Source: an uncultured Verrucomicrobia subdivision 3 bacterium (GTDB lineage Bacteria > Verrucomicrobiota > Verrucomicrobiia > Limisphaerales > UBA11358). Taken from it: a stretch of DNA of 64,000 nt. Within the stretch, counting starts at the first letter, position 1, and every line of letters begins with the position of its first letter. The stretch covers positions 75,244 to 139,243 of the forward strand of contig CAILMI010000055.1 of the NCBI GenBank assembly GCA_903835255.1. The letters are read 5' to 3'. A model generated the notes under the pieces. The model was not told the DNA's origin, did not search any database, and was given only the letters and a program-made list of their open reading frames with translations. The position numbers and the translations under genes were made by a program. Positions 58,087-64,000 of the stretch are shown here, one piece after another.

Positions 58087-59072
58087 AGTTTCACCTCACC
58101 GAAGAGTAGTTTCAAAATGTCCTCCAATGTCACGACTCCGACCTCGTGTCCGTCCCGCGCCAGCACGATGGCGAGATGCTGGCCCGCGCGCTGCATCCGC
58201 CGAAGGGCGATCTCCAACCGGACCTCCTCCTCCACAAACAAAGCCGGCGTCATGTGCTGGGACACGGGAGCCCGGGCCTCCAGCGCCTCAGTGAACAGCA
58301 GCGGCCCCACCTCCAGCAAGCCGGCCAAGCGACGGCGGCCATCGCGCGTTTCCCAGACCGGCAGCCGGGAAAAATGGTGCTCCTGAGCCAGCCGCAGGGC
58401 GTCGCCGACCGGCAGGTCCTTCTCCACCGTCACCGTTTTCGCCAGCGGCGTGGCGATCTGGCCGACGGTGTAATTTTGGAGGTCCAGCACGCGGTTGATC
58501 ATCGCCCGCTCGTCACTGGTGAAGGCCTGCTCCGATTCCCGCATCACCGCGCGCATCTCCTCGCGGTTGCCAAACAGCCGCCCGGTAGAGGCCTGCCCGC
58601 CCGTCCACCGCAAGATCAATGCGGACACGTCCGCCACCACGGTCACCAGCGGCATCAGGAGAAAGTGAACAAGGCGGAAGACTCCCGCCGCTGAAAGGCA
58701 GAGGGAATTGGGATGAGCGCGGAACAGCATTTTTGGCAGCAGATCAAAAAACGTGTAAAACAGGAAAACCACGCCCGCAAAAATCAGGGCCACCCAGCGG
58801 CCTTGTCCCGGCAGCCATTCTGACAATTTGGCCAGCGTCCAGCCGAGAATCAGGAAGTTGGCCAGTGTATTGCCGACCAGGATGGTCCACAGGAACCGCT
58901 CCGGGTTTTCCAAAAATCCGTGGAGCAGCCGGGCGGAGGGCTTGCCGGCACGGGCCAGGCGCCGCACCCGCAGCCGGTTCAAGGCGAACACGCCCGCCTC
59001 CATGCCCGAGAGCAGAAAGGACAGCAGCAGGCAGACGGTCAACCCACACCAATTTAAAAGATTCCAATTCAT
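58083..59072 (-). CDS. CNNM-family paralogue (DUF21 + CBS pair only; no CorC_HlyC domain)
   Basis: MNWNLLNWCGLTVCLLLSFLLSGMEAGVFALN opens the DUF21 domain. The protein ends at ...VVTLEDILKLLFGEVKL, right after the CBS pair. Its stop overlaps the downstream paralogue's ATG (ATGA). An alternative GTG start lies at 59105. Confidence 0.8.
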   Translation of the reverse strand: MNWNLLNWCGLTVCLLLSFLLSGMEAGVFALNRLRVRRLARAGKPSARLLHGFLENPERFLWTILVGNTLANFLILGWTLAKLSEWLPGQGRWVALIFAGVVFLFYTFFDLLPKMLFRAHPNSLCLSAAGVFRLVHFLLMPLVTVVADVSALILRWTGGQASTGRLFGNREEMRAVMRESEQAFTSDERAMINRVLDLQNYTVGQIATPLAKTVTVEKDLPVGDALRLAQEHHFSRLPVWETRDGRRRLAGLLEVGPLLFTEALEARAPVSQHMTPALFVEEEVRLEIALRRMQRAGQHLAIVLARDGHEVGVVTLEDILKLLFGEVKL

Positions 59073-59157
59073 GTTCCGCGATGAAAACAGAGCCGACCGC
59101 TCCACGAACCGGGGCGGTTCACCCCGGGTATGACACAGGGCAGATGTGGATTCCTCT

Positions 59158-60423
59158 TCATTTCAAACGCTGCACCAGCAGTTCCCGCACGCGCCGGTCC
59201 TCCACGTTTTGCGCCGTCAGTTTCAAATCCTGAAAGATTGCCGTCGCCCCAGCTTCCGGCACCACGCCGAGCAGATGGGTGAGGAGCCCGCCCATGGTCT
59301 CCACCTCCGCCACCTCCGCCAGCCCGGGAAATTCCCGCCGGAAATCATCCAGCCGCATCGTGCCATTCACCCGCCAGCAGCCCGGGGAAACCGTCTCCAT
59401 GACAAACCCCTCCAGCGGCGCCGCCACGCGGATGGTCCCCACCAACTCGCCCAGAATGTCCTCCATCGTCACCACCCCCGCCACGCCCCCGAACTCATCC
59501 AGCACCACCGCCAGCCCGCGGTGCTGCTTCTGCAGGCTTTGAAAGAGCTGCAGCAGATTCATCGTCTCCGGCACAAAGGAGGGGAATTCCACCACCTCCG
59601 ATAGATCTACCTCGGGATTGTGCAGCAGCGCCTGCGTGTTCAAAATGCCCACGATCGTGTCCGGCGTCTCATCGTAAAGCGGCAGGCGGCGATGCTTCAG
59701 CTTCCGGGCGGCCGCCATCATCTCCGCCACCGGCAGATCGTCGCTGAGACACGCCATGCCCGCGCGCGGCCGCATCACGTCCCGCGCCGTCCGCTGGTCG
59801 AGGCGGATGATTTGCAGGATGATTTCCTTTTCCGATTCCGCCAGCGTGCCCTGCCGGAACGCCATATCCAGCAGCTCCTGATATTCCGCATCCGGGAGCG
59901 ACGGGGCGGACGGGGAGACGGGCGCGGCGGCTTTTTTGAGGAAGACCCGGTTCAGCCACTGGGCCGTCCGGTACAACGGCGTGCAGGCCGTCTGAAAGAC
60001 CAACAGCAACCAGCCGACCCGCAAGGCCCAGCGCTCCGGCCGCCGCACCGCCAGGGTTTTGGGGATGACCTCGCACACGATCAGCACGAGGACCAGCAGC
60101 GCGAGCATCGTCAGCGCCAGCGTCCACCGCGCGTTGAACACCATCCGCAGCGCCAACGCCAGCATCGCCGCATTGGCAAACGTGTTGCCCAGCGCCAGCG
60201 TCGCCAGCAGATCCTGGGGACGCTCCAGCAGCCCCGCCACAATCCGGCCCGCCCGCGGATGCCGTTCCGCCAGCTGCCGCACCTGCCATTGGCCAAGGGA
60301 AAACAGCGCCGTTTCCGCCAGCGCAAAAAAGAAACTCGCGCCCGCAAAAATCAGAAGGGCCGTGATCGCCAGTTCCATCCCCGCAGTATGAAGGGAAAAT
60401 CCAGCCGGCAAAAGCAGAAACAC
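59158..60423 (-). CDS. CNNM/TlyC-family protein (DUF21 + CBS pair + CorC_HlyC)
   Basis: The protein reads ...MELAITALLIFAGASFFFALAETALFSL...VVTMEDILGELVG...GGLLTHLLGVVPEAGATAIFQDLKLTAQNVEDRRV. The start may be the internal MELAIT methionine at 60378. Confidence 0.85.
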   Translation of the reverse strand: MFLLLPAGFSLHTAGMELAITALLIFAGASFFFALAETALFSLGQWQVRQLAERHPRAGRIVAGLLERPQDLLATLALGNTFANAAMLALALRMVFNARWTLALTMLALLVLVLIVCEVIPKTLAVRRPERWALRVGWLLLVFQTACTPLYRTAQWLNRVFLKKAAAPVSPSAPSLPDAEYQELLDMAFRQGTLAESEKEIILQIIRLDQRTARDVMRPRAGMACLSDDLPVAEMMAAARKLKHRRLPLYDETPDTIVGILNTQALLHNPEVDLSEVVEFPSFVPETMNLLQLFQSLQKQHRGLAVVLDEFGGVAGVVTMEDILGELVGTIRVAAPLEGFVMETVSPGCWRVNGTMRLDDFRREFPGLAEVAEVETMGGLLTHLLGVVPEAGATAIFQDLKLTAQNVEDRRVRELLVQRLK

Positions 60424-60539
60424 CCCTGATTTCCCGCCCCCCGCCCGCGGAAACGTCCCCCAGTTCGGATTTGCATTTGAACCCCCTGTGACGCAGCCTC
60501 ACCCCCGTCGATTCCGACGCACCAAATTCCTCATATTTC

Positions 60540-61556
60540 ATGTCCCCCTTTTCCGCACTTGTCATCGAGCCTTCCCCGGACAGCAGCGCCGCGACGGCGG
60601 TCATCCGCGAGTTCACCGACCCCGGAATACTGCCCGCGCCTGGCGGCGAGGTGCTGGTGCGCGTCACCCATTCCAGCCTGAACTACAAGGACGGGCTTGC
60701 GGTGACCGGACAGGGTAAAATCCTGCGCCAGCTGCCCATCATCCCGGGCATTGACTTAGCCGGTAGTGTGGAACATCCCGGGTCCGACATCCGCTTTCGC
60801 GCCGGCGATGCCGTGGTGGTGACCGGCTGGGGCATCGGCGAACGCGTCTCCGGGGGTTACGCTGGCTTCGCCCGCGTGCACGGCGACTGGCTCATGCCGC
60901 TGCCGCCCACCCTGAACGCCCGCCAGGCGATGACCATCGGCACGGCGGGACTGACCGCGATGTGCTGCGTGCTGGCACTCGAGGATCACGGGCTCAAACC
61001 GGGCAGCCCAAATGCGGTGGTCGTCTCCGGAGCGGCGGGCGGGGTGGGTTCCATGGCGGTGGCGCTGCTCGCCCGGAGGGGACATCACGTCGTCGCCTCC
61101 ACCGGCCGGATTGCAACCGAGGGCGATTTTCTGCGGGACTTGGGGGCGGCCGAGCTCATCCCGCGCGAGATCCTAGCGACGCCCTCCGGCAAGACACTCG
61201 ATCCGGAGCAGTGGGCGGGCGGCATTGATACCGTGGGCGGTGAAACGCTGGCCAGCCTGCTGCGTCAGACGCGCGCGTTCGGCAGCGTCGCCGCCTGCGG
61301 CCTAGCCGGCGGCGCCCACCTGCCCACGACCGTGCTGCCCTTCATTCTGCGCGGGGTGAACCTGCTGGGCATCCATTCGGTGATGTGCCCCCGCCCATTG
61401 CGCGATCGGGCATGGGCCCGCCTCGCCACCGACCTCACTCCGGCCCAGCTGGAAACAATGTCCCGCGTCGTCTCCCTGAGAGAGGTCCCAGGTCTTGCCC
61501 GCGAACTCCTCGCAGGCACCGTGCGGGGACGCATCGTGGTGGATGTGAACCTTTAA
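60540..61556 (+). CDS. MDR-family NADPH-dependent oxidoreductase, YhdH/AcuI (acrylyl-CoA reductase) type
   Basis: VLVRVTHSSLNYKDGLAVTGQGKILRQLPIIPGIDLAGSV and VVSGAAGGVGSMAVALL match the YhdH/YhfP subfamily pattern. Confidence 0.8.
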   Translation: MSPFSALVIEPSPDSSAATAVIREFTDPGILPAPGGEVLVRVTHSSLNYKDGLAVTGQGKILRQLPIIPGIDLAGSVEHPGSDIRFRAGDAVVVTGWGIGERVSGGYAGFARVHGDWLMPLPPTLNARQAMTIGTAGLTAMCCVLALEDHGLKPGSPNAVVVSGAAGGVGSMAVALLARRGHHVVASTGRIATEGDFLRDLGAAELIPREILATPSGKTLDPEQWAGGIDTVGGETLASLLRQTRAFGSVAACGLAGGAHLPTTVLPFILRGVNLLGIHSVMCPRPLRDRAWARLATDLTPAQLETMSRVVSLREVPGLARELLAGTVRGRIVVDVNL

Positions 61557-61606
61557 AGCCAAGTCAGCGAGGATGACCCTGAAGACCGGAAGAGGGTCCG
61601 ACGGTA

Positions 61607-62599
61607 TCACCGTTTTCGCCACTCGGTCTTGGGCGGTTCCTGCAGGCCCTGCGCCCGCAGCGCGGTGCGGAAATGCAGCTTGGAAACCTTCCCCAACTCG
61701 ACCGCTCCCCGGCTTTCCACAAATTGCTTTGCGGCCGCATCCACCGCCGCCGAGGCGCCCTTCGGCAGCTTCACCCCGAAATCCTGCTCCAGCTTCGCCA
61801 ACGCCTTTACAAAGCCGTCGCGCGCCAGAATGGAGGCCGCCGCTACGGCGATGTCCTCCTCGGCCTTGTGCCGCTGCACGAGCTGCAGCTCCCGGCCCTG
61901 CGCCATCAGCGCCTTCTCAATCACGCTCTTGCTCGCGGCGAATTGGTCGCTGATGGCCTTCACCGGCGGCGGTTGCATCTGGTAACGCTTGCCCAGCAGG
62001 TTCTCAATTACCCGCGCGTGCCCCCACGCGAGCAGCGTGTTGACGCTCCGCATCTTCGCGTACAGCCGGTTATAGGCCTCATTGCCCACCACCACGCAAT
62101 CGGTCACACATCCCGGGGTGGCGCGGATCTTCTCCGCTAACTCGGATATTTTCCGGTCGCTGGAAATGTTTTTGGAATCGCGGATGCCGATGTCCGCCCA
62201 GGAACGGATGACGGCTTCGTTCACATAAACCCCGGCGATGGAAAGCGGCCCAAAAAAATCGCCCTTGCCGCTTTCATCCACCCCGATCCGAGGCAGGAGC
62301 AGGTCGGGGTTCAGCACGGTTTCGTAGCCGAGCCGGACCTCCTGGAGAATCTCCGGTTCCAACAGAAACTCCACAAATTCCGCCGTCCCCTTCCCCTGCA
62401 CCACCAGCTTGCCGCTCTCATAAAAAACGAGGTTAGCCTGATCCGACTCGAACGCAAACCGCGCAAAAGGCACCGTGCGCGGCCGCCAGTGGCGCGCCTC
62501 CAAAGCGGTCCTCAGCGCCGACGCTTGGTCATCGTTCAGCTTGCAGGTATGGAGAGTCAGAGGCTTCACGGCCGAAAAATTAACCGCAACCGAACTCAA
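61607..62599 (-). CDS. rnhC: ribonuclease HIII
   Basis: An N-terminal TBP-like domain (ANLVFYESGKLVVQGKG) precedes an RNase HII-fold catalytic domain (IGVDESGKGDFFGPL...DSKNIS). The gene has a non-ATG start (TTG at 62599, or GTG at 62569). Confidence 0.85.
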   Translation of the reverse strand: MSSVAVNFSAVKPLTLHTCKLNDDQASALRTALEARHWRPRTVPFARFAFESDQANLVFYESGKLVVQGKGTAEFVEFLLEPEILQEVRLGYETVLNPDLLLPRIGVDESGKGDFFGPLSIAGVYVNEAVIRSWADIGIRDSKNISSDRKISELAEKIRATPGCVTDCVVVGNEAYNRLYAKMRSVNTLLAWGHARVIENLLGKRYQMQPPPVKAISDQFAASKSVIEKALMAQGRELQLVQRHKAEEDIAVAAASILARDGFVKALAKLEQDFGVKLPKGASAAVDAAAKQFVESRGAVELGKVSKLHFRTALRAQGLQEPPKTEWRKR

Positions 62600-62703
62600 A
62601 GAACATAAAGAATTTGGGGCGACGCCGATTCAGGGCAGCGCGGGCGACTGAGGCACAGGCTCGACTCCAAGATGATTTACATCAATGATGGGGGGGCGCC
62701 GTC

Positions 62704-63837
62704 ATGATTCCTGCTTTGAAATCCCGCACTTCACCGCCGTCCAAAACGCAGAAAACCGTCGCGCCGCTGTTGGCGTGGTTCGCCGCAAACGCCCGCGACC
62801 TGCCTTGGCGCCGCACGCGCGATCCTTACCCGATCTGGGTATCCGAAATCATGCTGCAGCAGACCCAGGTGAAAACGGTGATCCCCTTCTGGAACCGCTG
62901 GCTCCGCGAGCTCCCCACAATCGAAGCCGCCGCGCACGCGCCCTCGGCAAAAATCCACAAGCTCTGGGAAGGTCTCGGCTATTACAGCCGCGTCCGCAAT
63001 CTGCAGAAATCCGCCCAGCTTATCGTGGACAGGCATGGCAGGCGATTCCCTGAACAGTTCGACGAGGTCCTCGCGCTGCCCGGCATCGGCCGCTACACCG
63101 CCGGCGCCATCTGCAGTATCGCCTTTAACCAGCCCACCCCGATTCTGGATGGCAATGTCATCCGCGTCCTGACCCGGGTGTTTGGCATCGCTGGAAACCC
63201 GAAGGAGAAGTCCATCAACGCACAGCTATGGGCTCTGGCCGCCGATCTGGTGTCCCACGCCCGCGCTACGGGGCATGGAGACTATTCCTGTTCTGCATTT
63301 AACCAATCCTTGATGGAGCTCGGGGCTCTGATCTGCACGCCGCGAGGTCCGCAATGCCAGCAATGCCCACTGAAACGGCACTGCGTCGCCTTCAAGGAAG
63401 ACCGCACGGAATCGCTGCCCCATCTTGGCAAGCGCCCGACGGCGACGGTGCGCCGGTTCCTGGCGTTTGTCATTGAGAGAAAAGGACGCTTTCTGGTCCG
63501 GCAACGGCCCGACGCCGGCGTGAACGCCCAGCTTTGGGAATTCCCAAATGCCGAGGTCGGAGCCCGGGGCAGCGATCCCCTGGCGGTCTACGCGGAGCTT
63601 CGCGGACTGTCGCCGGCCCAGGGGAATCCTGAATCGCTCCAGCCGCTGTGCACCGTGAAGCATTCCATCACGCGTTACCGCATCACCCTGGAGGCGTTTC
63701 TCGTCCGGCTCCCAAAAAACGCGGGCAATTCCGGGGGCGACTGGAAAACGCCGGCGCAGATGCAAAAACTGGCGTTCACCGCCGCCCACAAAAAACTCGC
63801 CAGCGCCGCGGCTCAAAGTATCCTTACGGACCGATGA
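62704..63837 (+). CDS. mutY: A/G-specific adenine DNA glycosylase
   Basis: LLAWFAANARDLPWRRTRDPYPIWVSEIMLQQTQV, the HhH-GPD motif (LPGIGRYTAGAI), the Fe-S loop (CTPRGPQCQQCPLKRHC) and a C-terminal NUDIX-like domain are present. Confidence 0.9.
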   Translation: MIPALKSRTSPPSKTQKTVAPLLAWFAANARDLPWRRTRDPYPIWVSEIMLQQTQVKTVIPFWNRWLRELPTIEAAAHAPSAKIHKLWEGLGYYSRVRNLQKSAQLIVDRHGRRFPEQFDEVLALPGIGRYTAGAICSIAFNQPTPILDGNVIRVLTRVFGIAGNPKEKSINAQLWALAADLVSHARATGHGDYSCSAFNQSLMELGALICTPRGPQCQQCPLKRHCVAFKEDRTESLPHLGKRPTATVRRFLAFVIERKGRFLVRQRPDAGVNAQLWEFPNAEVGARGSDPLAVYAELRGLSPAQGNPESLQPLCTVKHSITRYRITLEAFLVRLPKNAGNSGGDWKTPAQMQKLAFTAAHKKLASAAAQSILTDR

Positions 63838-64000
63838 TTTACTTCGATTACAACGCCACCGCGCCGGTGATGCGCGAGGCTCGCGAAGCCTGGCTCACGG
63901 TGACTGAGAAGACCGGCGGCAACCCGTCCTCCCTGCACCAGGCCGGCACGCGCGCCGCCCTCGTTATGGCTGACGCGCGCGAGAAGCTCGCGGCTTCCCT
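63834..64000 (+). CDS. cysteine desulfurase (NifS/IscS family), N-terminal fragment; continues beyond the window
   Basis: Hand translation gives MIYFDYNATAPVMREAREAWLTVTEKTGGNPSSLHQAGTRAALVMADAREKLAAS. The ATGA start overlaps the mutY stop. Confidence 0.7.
   Translation, partial: MIYFDYNATAPVMREAREAWLTVTEKTGGNPSSLHQAGTRAALVMADAREKLAAS

Overview
Gene-dense, high-GC bacterial chromosomal segment of 64 kb. Hand-counted 60-nt coding lines mostly run 60-67% GC. I call about 50 protein-coding genes, one apparent pseudogene and several intrinsic-terminator-like hairpins. I found no rRNA, tRNA, CRISPR array, transposase or prophage. Most of the window is core housekeeping: pnp-rpsO, gltB-gltD, ugd, a Xer recombinase, topoisomerase III, cobA-hemD, smc, phoH-ybeY-DUF502-recO, proS, cdsA-dxr-rseP-ispG, RNase HIII, mutY and the start of a cysteine desulfurase. 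All calls rest on reading the supplied translations, my own hand translations and remembered family motifs; no database search was run. The gene repertoire suggests a PVC/Verrucomicrobiota-like organism: a bacterial GDP-mannose 3,5-epimerase, a tandem NDK, A-rich Shine-Dalgarno-poor leaders and W..DP..A helical repeats. This taxonomic guess is inference only. Main second-look items follow. (1) A 795-aa protein has an N-terminal TIR-like domain, a ~280-residue EAQxQxx heptad stalk, one TM helix and a helical-repeat C-terminal domain; it sits between smc and cobA-hemD and looks lower in GC than its neighbours. (2) An AraC-flanked cassette encodes GDP-mannose 3,5-epimerase, a compact GHMP sugar kinase and a tandem cytidylyltransferase-fold protein (degenerate plus active), with a HIT-family nucleotidyl-transferase/phosphorylase next door; I read this as a possible Leloir-like route for an L-sugar. 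(3) A mutT-type NUDIX gene has an otherwise perfect reading frame and NUDIX box but carries an in-frame TGA exactly where the conserved Trp of GLWEFPGGK belongs. (4) A 390-aa tandem NDK has a catalytically degenerate first half. (5) Three tandem, translationally coupled CNNM/CorC-type paralogues are present, the middle one lacking the CorC_HlyC domain. Smaller oddities are listed as separate findings: sequence-motif deviations in cdsA and a CaCA-like protein, a DUF309-YfcH fusion, an orphan fumarase alpha subunit, an AT-rich island and leader hairpins.
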